Shown: positions 1 through 8,382 of the stretch, piece by piece
Numbering within the stretch: position 1 is the first letter of the stretch
Layout: the number at the start of each line of letters is the position of its first letter
Translations under genes and position numbers: made by a program
Assembly (NCBI GenBank): GCA_008369845.1
Contig: MRSU01003007.1
Span: 53,807-73,806, forward strand
DNA length: 20,000 nucleotides
DNA from: Trichomonas gallinae
Lineage: Eukaryota
Direction of reading: 5' to 3'
Notes under the pieces: generated by a model
What the model was told of the DNA's origin: nothing
What the model saw: the letters and a program-made list of their open reading frames with translations, nothing else
Databases searched by the model: none

Positions 1-147
1 CCAGTTGGCAACATCATCCTTGACAAGTTCCCAACACTCGGTCGCTGGAATCAAGAAACAACAATTCTCAAGATTTTAACAGATATTTCTCTCCTCATGA
101 AGAAATACGGACTCACACAGCAGCCACCAGAAGGCTCAACATACTAA
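1..147 (+). CDS. MMS2: 3' end (partial) of ubiquitin-conjugating enzyme E2 variant, MMS2/UEV1 (UBE2V) family
   Basis: Frame 1 reads PVGNIILDKFPTLGRWNQETTILKILTDISLLMKKYGLTQQPPEGSTY* (TAA at 145-147, part of TAAA). The L..W.....I..IL......M......QPPEG.TY ending is characteristic of UEV/Mms2 proteins. Absent from the ORF track because the start lies upstream of the window. Confidence 0.85.
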   Translation, partial: PVGNIILDKFPTLGRWNQETTILKILTDISLLMKKYGLTQQPPEGSTY

Positions 148-439
148 ATAGATTAGTCGTGTTTTTAATAAATTTCAACCTAGATATAATTTTTTATCAC
201 ATTTTTTTAAAGTTACTTAATGATAACATAGAAAATCCATGAAATTCCGAAACAATTGTCAAAGTATATTGAATGAAATGAGAAAATAATAAAAAATATA
301 AAATATTTTTAACAAAATAAACAATCTGGTGAAAACTACATACAATACTAATATACTGACAAAATACATAATATACAATGAATATTTAATACAAACAAAA
401 ATAAAATATTAAAAATCTCATATAAATATATAAATTGAA

Positions 440-1750
440 TTATTTCCCAGGCATTTTTGCTGCCTTTTCATCATCTCTTGTTCTAGTTCTGCGAGTTAAG
501 AACTGCAGAGCCTCAAACCTAACATCAGGAGTCAAAGTTGTTTCTTCGATTTGCTTTCTCCTCACTTTTACTTCAGAGTTCACCAATATATGGTCAACGT
601 ATTCATCCAACGCTTTCCTGCCTCTCATTGGCGTTGTTTCGACTTTCTTCGTTGATTCGACTTCTTTTGCTAATTCTAGTGTGATTGCCGGGTCTTCGTG
701 ATATATTCCGTGCCTTTGGTTGTCATTCATCTGTTCAATGAAAATGTTCATGTTTTTAGGCGATGACTTCAAAACTGCGTCTTTCTTGGTTTTTATGTTC
801 ATCTGTTCTATCTTTGAATGCCTTGAAAGCTTGGCCTGCTTAATCGCTATGTCATGAAGCACGTCTCTTAGACTTCCTGCGACATCTCGATTTAATGCAG
901 CGGTTATATAACTCCTGGCCCCGGAATTGTCAATGGTATAGGCATAATCTTTATCATTCTCTATTGGTGGGTAAGTGAACTTAATTGAGTGTTTTAAAGC
1001 CAGTGGATTATGAGACATAGCGTGAGACGTGCCTATTAGCATCAGCTGGGACCTGGTTTGGGTCTGCCTTGGCGCGTATTCATCGAATCTTTGCGTGTCT
1101 TCAATTTCGAGCATTATTTGCTCCTCTTCTTCTTCGTGTGGTGGATCTGGGTGTTTCACGTCATCTTCACCGAATAATATCATCATTCTTTCCTCTATGT
1201 AGCTTCTAAGTGGTCTGATCGTCGTGAAAATGTATACAACACGTAATGTTATATCTGTTCGCGAAGGAATTAAAATTAGCTTGTTTTCTTTACCATTTAT
1301 CTTGTTTTCTTCTTGTATTGTTTCATTTATGTGTGCGTAAACGAATAAAACTGTGTGAGATAAGCAATAAGGAAGATTTTCCATGAAATGATCGAAAAAT
1401 GTACGAGATCGAGTTGTTTCGTAGATTAAATTATACGTATTTTTCCATATGTCTAAGTTTTGAATCGTGAAATTAAATGTATCCTGTCCAAAACAAAATG
1501 AGTGAACATCATTAAAGAGAATTGGTATTAGTGGCTCTAAATTCTTTTGATATTTCTCGAACATGATTCGCATGTTGTTTTCAACTTTGTTTCTGTTGCC
1601 AAAATTTACTCGATATAAAGTATCATCGTAAGCTTTGTGAGCAACTTCCAAAGTAACATAATCCTGAAGAGAAGCTGCTGTTGGAACCTCTGTTAATGCA
1701 AAAACTGCTTCCGTTGTCTTCTCTTTTTGCTCATTATCAAAATCAGACAT
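440..1750 (-). CDS. Hypothetical protein, 436 aa; weak resemblance to the FAM227 (FWWh) family
   Basis: Long ATG-started ORF with coding-like GC content between AT-rich flanks. Segments HSFCFGQDTFNF and FDHFMENLPYCLSHTVLFVY loosely recall FAM227 blocks (by eye only). Confidence refers to the gene; the family call is much weaker. Confidence 0.8.
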   Translation of the reverse strand: MSDFDNEQKEKTTEAVFALTEVPTAASLQDYVTLEVAHKAYDDTLYRVNFGNRNKVENNMRIMFEKYQKNLEPLIPILFNDVHSFCFGQDTFNFTIQNLDIWKNTYNLIYETTRSRTFFDHFMENLPYCLSHTVLFVYAHINETIQEENKINGKENKLILIPSRTDITLRVVYIFTTIRPLRSYIEERMMILFGEDDVKHPDPPHEEEEEQIMLEIEDTQRFDEYAPRQTQTRSQLMLIGTSHAMSHNPLALKHSIKFTYPPIENDKDYAYTIDNSGARSYITAALNRDVAGSLRDVLHDIAIKQAKLSRHSKIEQMNIKTKKDAVLKSSPKNMNIFIEQMNDNQRHGIYHEDPAITLELAKEVESTKKVETTPMRGRKALDEYVDHILVNSEVKVRRKQIEETTLTPDVRFEALQFLTRRTRTRDDEKAAKMPGK

Positions 1751-2283
1751 AAAAATTTTAACAAAATTTTAGAAAAACGAATAAAATAACATTTTTATAG
1801 CATAATTAGGCAAATTATTTATGTTTTATTCATTTTTAAAAATATAATTCAAAATGAAAAAATAAACGGAAATATCTTGTGTATATACATTATATTTCCT
1901 ATATTTAAAATATTTTTGAAAAATAATTATATAAAATTCACCGAAAAATCTTTTGCGCGATTTCCATATATAGAATAATAATTTGCTTGTGAACACTAAT
2001 AAGTATATATCCGCTAGAACCAAAATTTCATTTGTGCTATTTCAAATTAGTAGTGAGAAGAATTAATTATGGAGATTTTTCGTATTTAAAATGAAATATG
2101 TTTAAATTGAATTAAAGTTTGATTTTCATATTAGATTCATTAAATATAACCTATTTTATTAATGATTTTGTTCCAATTCCCAAAAAAAAAAATTTGAATA
2201 AAAACTTGATCAACGAATTTTAACTTTTGGAGATTAAATAATAAAATATAAGACAAAAATATATTCATAAATAACAAAATTTT

Positions 2284-2290
2284 TCATTTT
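2284..2290 (+). promoter_or_regulatory. Initiator (Inr) element of the ankyrin gene
   Basis: TCATTTT ends 6 nt before the ATG at 2297, matching the trichomonad Inr consensus TCA(Y)(W). Confidence 0.7.
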
Positions 2291-2296
2291 CAGAGA

Positions 2297-3355
2297 ATGA
2301 CAACTGTTCGAGAGATTCTTCCTGAACTAACAGAGCTTCTTAATAACCCTTCAGTCGATAAAAAGCTGGACACTATATGCGGCAAGATACACGGACGTTT
2401 TTTCGATCCCGAAGATGTTATTAATTTCTATGAATCATGCGCTAAAGTTTTCGATAAAAATGATATGGTAGAGGTATTCAGACACACCCACTTATCGTCG
2501 AAATTCGATATCGCGAGGACCGTCCGGCTTCTAGAAACGTTCAAAACAACATTAGATTTTCCAATCCTCGAATATTTTCAAAACTACTTCATGATACTTG
2601 TCGGACAGCTCGATGAGATGGCAAATGCGATCGGAGAATTCAAGTGCATTACATCTGATCTGAAAAAGAAAATTAAAGAGAAAGAAAAACAATTGGACTC
2701 ACTCAGCCAAATAGTTGCTGAACAAAGCAAGCAAATCGAAAGACAGAAGCAAATTACAGAGAAAATTCAACAAATCGATAGATCTATTATAACTGTTCGC
2801 AATGCATTGATGAATCCAGTCCTTAATGAGATAGATACAATCAGATCTTTGCCAAAAGACCAACAAAATCAGTCCAGGCTCTTCAATTTATTCCATTCAA
2901 TCGGAACTGACCCAGATCTCATTAAAGTTGCAGTTAATTGCAACTCTAACCAATTCTCAAGCGAAATCGTCGACTACAACGTCTTATTTGAAGCAATTCG
3001 CCAAGGAGATATGCCATTATTGCAAAATCTTATTCAAGCAGGCGCAAACGTTAATGTAAGAGATTTCATGGGCAACAATCTCATCCACGCAGCTGTTTTA
3101 AGCGGCAGATACGAAATGCTTGAATATTTGATTTCATTGAAGAGAATTGATATCAATGAGACAAATAAAATGGGCAACACGGCTTTGCACATCGCTGCAA
3201 TGTATTCAGCTCCAGATCTAGTGGATTTGATCTGCAACACGCCAGGAGTTATAAAGAACTTGAAGAATCGTCAAGGAAAGACTCCAAAGGAATATATCAA
3301 ACATGGAGATACGGAGTTGTGCAAAACGATCTTCGAAATACATCTCACTGATTAA
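2297..3355 (+). CDS. Ankyrin-repeat protein with central coiled coil, 352 aa
   Basis: C-terminal ankyrin repeats (LFEAIRQGD..LLQNLIQAGANVNVRDFMGNNLIHAAVLSG; NETNKMGNTALHIAA; KNRQGKTP) follow a Lys/Gln/Glu-rich heptad stretch (LKKKIKEKEKQLDSLSQIVAEQSKQIERQK). Inr just upstream. Confidence 0.93.
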   Translation: MTTVREILPELTELLNNPSVDKKLDTICGKIHGRFFDPEDVINFYESCAKVFDKNDMVEVFRHTHLSSKFDIARTVRLLETFKTTLDFPILEYFQNYFMILVGQLDEMANAIGEFKCITSDLKKKIKEKEKQLDSLSQIVAEQSKQIERQKQITEKIQQIDRSIITVRNALMNPVLNEIDTIRSLPKDQQNQSRLFNLFHSIGTDPDLIKVAVNCNSNQFSSEIVDYNVLFEAIRQGDMPLLQNLIQAGANVNVRDFMGNNLIHAAVLSGRYEMLEYLISLKRIDINETNKMGNTALHIAAMYSAPDLVDLICNTPGVIKNLKNRQGKTPKEYIKHGDTELCKTIFEIHLTD

Positions 3356-3898
3356 CTTGTAAATAAAATTTATTTTATATTAATTCTACGCTATTAAATT
3401 TAATATACTTCAAACTATATCGTCTATAACAAGTATGTTATTGATATTACCCTTAAAATTTCCTAAAAATTAATTTTGAGTATTTAAAATATCTGAATTT
3501 TTGATCCATTCTTCGAATATAAGAGTTATAACACATAATGATGCGTATTCTGTATTTTTGATGTTTATAAACAATATAAAATGATTATTTTTATCAACTT
3601 GATTTATTTTAATAAAATTCATTTTTCCTGAGAAGGAGACATTATCAGATATATTTAAATAATAAAATTTATTATATTATTAATTTTCTAATAAATTCAC
3701 AAGTCAAATATGATTTGCTCAAATCATTTGAACATTTAATCTAATTATATTAAAGATATTGGCCATTTTAATAGTTGACAATAAAAGCTTTAATATAAAC
3801 TAAATATTGTATTTTTTTCTATTGATATTATAGAGAATTTTTATGAAATCGTTTTGATTTCAATGTTGTGAATTGGGAAGTATAATAAACAAAACAAG

Positions 3899-5407
3899 TT
3901 ATTTGAGTTTAGTCAATGGGAAAGTATATGAAACAAAAAGGAGACCAAAAGCAAAAGATGCGAAAATCGCAACTAAATATACTACGACAACTATGCCAAT
4001 AAATAGCAGAGTCATATTCAAAACAGAGAAGAATGATTTGTAAGCACTATTCAAATAAATAAGACCAAGAATTTCCAAAATCACCAAAATTGAAATAAAA
4101 TTCGCCTCAGATGTAATGCAGGACAGCCACGACTCTGTCTCTGATTTAACTGCAAGAGCAGTCTTCATTATAGCAGGAATGGAAATCGCAGCTACAAGAA
4201 CTAACAAACTTGGAAACATTAGTTGATAGTTTGGCCTTATATTGTTGTATGAATTAGTGATTACATCATTAATAGCAGGGAAAATCAAAACAGCTGCAAT
4301 AGTGCACATTATATAAGTCCATATCGTCCAGATTCTAGATTTCATTCTATCTTTTGGAATAACTGGCTGCTTAACTCCTTCTGAGCGTCTCATTCTTATA
4401 TATAACCACAAAACATGATGTACGATGAATAAAGCGGCAATAAAGAAGAAAATATCTCCCAAAATTGAAAAAATCATATTTGGGCCTCTAAACATATCAA
4501 GAATCAAATTCAACAATGTTAAAACTCTATGTGGGAAGACAAAGAACAAATAAGGGCAAACAGCTGGAGAAAAAATCTCTGCATGACCAACTAAATCGCC
4601 AAAACATCTGCAAACGTAAGCAATAAATGGAGACGTTATGAAAACGCAAAATAGCAAAGAATTGTAAATCAATGTGTTGCTTATCTCGTTGTCTCCAATA
4701 AAATATGATACACAAAATATAAATGCAATAAAAGTTAAACCTGTTTGCACGAAAAACGTCATATTTGGATAAGATCTAGTTTTTCCCCATACAATTCCAA
4801 TATCAAATGATTCCATATTTTGAAAATTCTTGCTGTAACAAACAATCATCATCACTGCAATGGCGAACAATATAACTGAAACTGTATATAGTATTGATGG
4901 TAAAATGTTTGTAGATTCTGTTTCTGAAATTTCAGGTAATATATTCAGCGAGAATGATATATTTAACATTGTGTCTGGTTTTACTAGTTGTAATTCACTT
5001 GGGATAACTTGGAATTGATCACTATTTTTAGGATATTTTATTTGAAAGTGTGTGAAAATGCGAATATCATTTCCTTGCTTAGAAAATATAGGTGATAGTG
5101 ACATAGTATGATTATAGTAAAATGTTAGAAATGAATTTGGTTTCAATACCGAATTAAATTTTTTCAGGTGCTCTTCATTAACAAATAAGTGACAATGATC
5201 ATAATACTGTGTACCATTTTCATATGTTTGGTTGAACTTTAAAGGAATTTTTCTTTCCGTATAAGAATATTGAATTTCAATTTTTTTATTTGGGCAAATA
5301 TGGAATCCAGGAAGTTTGCCACTCATATATGGATTGATAGGCGTATTAATAGCACCAAAATAAAATGTTTCATTCGCTGATTCTATAAATCTCAAGAAAA
5401 GAAACAT
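3899..5407 (-). CDS. Divergent nonaspanin / TM9SF (EMP70)-like nine-pass membrane protein, 502 aa
   Basis: First ATG is at 5407 (the track start at 5419 is TTG). Short hydrophobic leader MFLFLRFIESA; YFGAINTPINPY...ICP resembles the TM9SF N-terminal P..NP......P.C motif. A ~170-aa luminal region (includes IFTHFQIKY) precedes nine hydrophobic segments and a short tail FVSYTFPLTKLK. Confidence 0.72.
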   Translation of the reverse strand: MFLFLRFIESANETFYFGAINTPINPYMSGKLPGFHICPNKKIEIQYSYTERKIPLKFNQTYENGTQYYDHCHLFVNEEHLKKFNSVLKPNSFLTFYYNHTMSLSPIFSKQGNDIRIFTHFQIKYPKNSDQFQVIPSELQLVKPDTMLNISFSLNILPEISETESTNILPSILYTVSVILFAIAVMMIVCYSKNFQNMESFDIGIVWGKTRSYPNMTFFVQTGLTFIAFIFCVSYFIGDNEISNTLIYNSLLFCVFITSPFIAYVCRCFGDLVGHAEIFSPAVCPYLFFVFPHRVLTLLNLILDMFRGPNMIFSILGDIFFFIAALFIVHHVLWLYIRMRRSEGVKQPVIPKDRMKSRIWTIWTYIMCTIAAVLIFPAINDVITNSYNNIRPNYQLMFPSLLVLVAAISIPAIMKTALAVKSETESWLSCITSEANFISILVILEILGLIYLNSAYKSFFSVLNMTLLFIGIVVVVYLVAIFASFAFGLLFVSYTFPLTKLK

Positions 5408-5621
5408 TTTTTTTGACAAATATAAATTTTACACGACAAATTAAATTAATTTCAAAAAATTATGAATTTTATTCATCAAATTTATATTTTACATGACAAA
5501 AATATTTTCAGTACTTTTCAAAATTTGAATGCTAAAACGGCAGGTTTTATTTGACAAATTTTTTATTTTACATGACAAAAATTATTATTTTAGTTGACAA
5601 AATTTAAATTTATTTGACAAA
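5408..5621. repeat. Phased array of TTTA-NN-TGACAAA motif (~20 bp period)
   Basis: 13-mers start at 5408 (tttttttgacaaa), 5428 (tttacacgacaaa), 5468 (tttattcatcaaa, degenerate), 5488 (tttacatgacaaa), 5546 (tttatttgacaaa), 5567 (tttacatgacaaa), 5589 (tttagttgacaaa) and 5609 (tttatttgacaaa). Confidence 0.85.
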
Positions 5622-5629
5622 AAGTTGAG

Positions 5630-7150
5630 CTAATCATTATCAGGTATAATAAGCTCTGGTGCAGGAGGAAGTTCTTCATCATCTTCTCCAGCGCCAGATT
5701 CTTTTGATGACGACATAATGGCATCATCAGGAACCAAGAATGAGAATTGAACTCTGATCCCGGACTTTGGTTCCGTTTGAACAGGTGTTTTGATGAATTG
5801 TCGAAGAATTTCTGCGTCAGATCCTGCCTTAATCAAAACCATGTCTTGAGTTAATGGTGTTAAGTTTGCTGGAACAGGCGGAGGTTCAGCATCTGGTGAG
5901 AAGTCTGGAATGGAGCTTGAAGCAACTTGTGGCAGTGAGTGCTGGAAGTATTTCTTGTTTTGTGAGTTTGAGTTAGTATTCGTGCGGGATTGCAAAGAAT
6001 GAGATTTGTAAGAAATAAAGTTTTGTTTTGAGAGATATCTTGAGTTGAAATTGTGCGTCCTGAGCATAGAGTTTGGATTTGCTGCATCTTCTGCCCTTTC
6101 TATCGATCCAAAGAAATCTGGGCAAAATCTGTGCTGTTCTACCTTGATTTCTGGCGTTGCAAATGGGTCGTTGTTGTTTGTGTACGAAATAGGCTGCTGG
6201 AAGAAGTCTGATGGTGTTTCCATAACATTCGTGTGGTTATTTAGCTTAATTAATGTCGATGGATCAGCTCCATCTGAAATTGTGCCAAGTTTCTCAAGAG
6301 AAACAACATTGAGTGGAGATTCAGCCGGAAAAATGTAAATTGACGTTCTTTTTTCAGGACCAAACGGATATGGCTCAGGTTCTGGTAATGAAGGCAATTC
6401 TTGCCTAAGATCTTCAATAGACAAGAATGTAGATTCATCCCTGACGCGCTTGATTTCCGATTGATAGTTGTGGAGAGTTTCATTGATATTTTCTACTTGT
6501 GAGATTCTTTCTGAAATCATATCAATGAAATTGTCAGCTTGTGTGTGAACAGTTGAAGCAAAGCCCTCAAGAAATGTTTTGAGTGACTCTAACATCGATT
6601 CTTCATCGAAATTATTTGTTGAAGTTGCATTCGTGCAAAACTGATCAAGAGCTTTTGCACCTTGATGATGCATCATCTGATTCATTAGTTGTAATTCGTT
6701 GAATTTATCTTTGAAGCCATAATAATTATCAACAGTGTCCAAATTGATTTCAAATCTCGGCATTGAGTTCTCATCTATTAATTCTTCCTGGCTATCGGCG
6801 CGTGTCATTGTTTGTTCGGACTCATTCGCTGAAGATTCTGGTAAAACAAAATCTGGTGTTGGAGGAGGAGGCAAAAGAATGTTATCAATATTTTTCAGGA
6901 TATCATTAGTGGCTGGGCGAACAGAATTAAAGTTCGAAAGTGAGAATGTTGATACTTTCTTTTCTTCATCATGTTTTTTCAAGTAGTAAATAGTGTTGTA
7001 ACGCGATCTAAGCTGCTTAAGATTGCTGTCTGACTGCAAACTCATGAGTGGGAGATCTCCAGCATCTGAGCTGTCGATGCTATCGATACTCGCTTTCCCT
7101 CTCTTCATTTTTTTGACTGATTTGACGGCAAATTTTGATATAGTTTCCAT
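5630..7150 (-). CDS. Hypothetical protein, 506 aa, with central coiled coil and Pro/acidic low-complexity segments
   Basis: Long ATG ORF ending in TAG, with PPPPTP, PPPVP and LPPAP segments, an amphipathic helix at aa ~183-240 and an acidic C-terminus. Inr-like TCATT on the minus strand at 7190-7194. Confidence 0.85.
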   Translation of the reverse strand: METISKFAVKSVKKMKRGKASIDSIDSSDAGDLPLMSLQSDSNLKQLRSRYNTIYYLKKHDEEKKVSTFSLSNFNSVRPATNDILKNIDNILLPPPPTPDFVLPESSANESEQTMTRADSQEELIDENSMPRFEINLDTVDNYYGFKDKFNELQLMNQMMHHQGAKALDQFCTNATSTNNFDEESMLESLKTFLEGFASTVHTQADNFIDMISERISQVENINETLHNYQSEIKRVRDESTFLSIEDLRQELPSLPEPEPYPFGPEKRTSIYIFPAESPLNVVSLEKLGTISDGADPSTLIKLNNHTNVMETPSDFFQQPISYTNNNDPFATPEIKVEQHRFCPDFFGSIERAEDAANPNSMLRTHNFNSRYLSKQNFISYKSHSLQSRTNTNSNSQNKKYFQHSLPQVASSSIPDFSPDAEPPPVPANLTPLTQDMVLIKAGSDAEILRQFIKTPVQTEPKSGIRVQFSFLVPDDAIMSSSKESGAGEDDEELPPAPELIIPDND

Positions 7151-7524
7151 TATAGTATTTATTTCACAGAATTTTTTTTTTCATTTCGGAATGATTTTTT
7201 CAAAATTATCAAAATTGAACAATATTTGATTTGGATATCAACATATCTTTCCAAATAATGATGAAATTTAAAATCCAAATTCTTCAAATCATAAATTATT
7301 GAAGTTGAAAAATATTAATCCTAGTTTCTACCTCGAACAAGCAAAATCAAGTTCTTTTCCATGAGAATAGAATCATTCATAATCACATTATCCTATAAAA
7401 TCTAATTTTAAATTCAAAATTAGTCTAATTTAATTCATAACGAGAATTCAGTTGCCACACAGAAAGATAAAAGTAAAACATATGTTAAAATCAGTTAAAT
7501 TAATATTGTTAACTGATGATAATG

Positions 7525-7571
7525 AATTTGACAATTTCAATTTACATGACAAGCTATAAAAATGTCAAATT
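7525..7571. promoter_or_regulatory. TGACA-motif cluster with a 9-bp inverted repeat in the divergent promoter
   Basis: TGACA at 7529 and 7547 (tttacatgacaag, 7541-7553) and inverted TGTCA at 7563. aatttgaca (7525-7533) is the reverse complement of tgtcaaatt (7563-7571). Regulatory role is inferred. Confidence 0.5.
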
Positions 7572-7591
7572 ATTTAGTTTCCGCAAGTTTA

Positions 7592-7614
7592 TTACGGGCG
7601 CGTAAGCGCCCTAA
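7592..7614. other. GC-rich hairpin GGGCGC-GTAA-GCGCCC
   Basis: Perfect 6-bp all-GC stem (7596-7601 / 7606-7611) with a GTAA loop, extendable by TTA/TAA around a bulged C, in strongly AT-rich intergenic DNA. Confidence 0.75.
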
Positions 7615-7846
7615 AAATGTGCGAAATCTTTAATTATGAGACTTATGATTATTTCCACTTTAAATCGCATTGAAATTTGAATTGAAAATAATCGTATGAT
7701 TTAAATTTAATTGAATTAGGGCGTAAGAACATATGTCGGGCCCTTATATAAATTATCATTGTGGGCATACATAATTATAATCTGAAAATGGGGCAAAACC
7801 ATGCAAGATGCGACTTTCAAATATGAAATGAATTTGCAAAATGAAA

Positions 7847-7879
7847 TATGTTTGACAAATAAATAATTTACGTGACAAA
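7847..7879. promoter_or_regulatory. Pair of TGACAAA motifs 20 bp apart, upstream of HSBP1
   Basis: TGACA at 7853 and 7873 (tttacgtgacaaa, 7867-7879). Same motif and spacing as the 5408-5621 array. Confidence 0.55.
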
Positions 7880-7924
7880 TGATATAAAACTTATTTGTAA
7901 AATGGACGTTTTTAAAATAAAAAT

Positions 7925-8125
7925 ATGTCAGCTCCAGAAGAGCAGCTTCCAACACAGCCAGAAGATCTCGCAAATTTCATGGATCAGATCTTCTCACAGA
8001 TGGAGTCCAAATTCACAGATATGGCCCAGCAAGTTCTCAAGAGAATCGACGAAATGTCTTCAAAGATTAATGAACTCGAAAGCTCCATCGACACCCTCAT
8101 GCAACAGGCTGAGCAGGACAAATAA
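7925..8125 (+). CDS. HSBP1: Heat shock factor-binding protein 1 homolog, 66 aa
   Basis: EDLANFMDQIFSQMESKFTDMAQQVLKRIDEMSSKINELESSIDTLMQQA matches the HSBP1 pattern DLT..V..LL.QMQ.KF..MS.QI..RID.M..RID.LE.SI.DLM.QA. Size is typical, and the stop TAA overlaps TAAA. Confidence 0.93.
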   Translation: MSAPEEQLPTQPEDLANFMDQIFSQMESKFTDMAQQVLKRIDEMSSKINELESSIDTLMQQAEQDK

Positions 8126-8382
8126 ATACAGTTTCCATTTTTATTTTTATATTAAAAAGCTATGTGTTCTGCATATATTATTTCCTTTTTACAAATTCCG
8201 CAATTTCCTAATCATATCATATAAAGCACCCCAAATATATCATAATATCTTAATGCGAATTCTATTTTAACTTAATAATTTTTTTGAATAGAAAAATAAT
8301 TTGTTTTTGGACGTAAGAAGTTGTAGAAAAATTCACATTTAGTTCTAAAATTTAAATAAAAGTGTTTAAAATAAATAAAGAA

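Noticed and set aside
3704..3731. Inverted repeat atgatttg-ct-caaatcat between convergent genes
   Set aside because: Short and AT-rich with a 2-nt spacer, plausible by chance, and no second copy noticed.
5408..5621. Repeat-spacer pattern read as a CRISPR array
   Set aside because: Repeats are only ~13 bp and degenerate, linkers ~7-9 bp, there are no cas genes, and the context is eukaryotic.
7592..7620. Hairpin read as a rho-independent terminator or tRNA
   Set aside because: Eukaryotic locus between divergent genes with no transcript ending here. No cloverleaf or A/B boxes seen.
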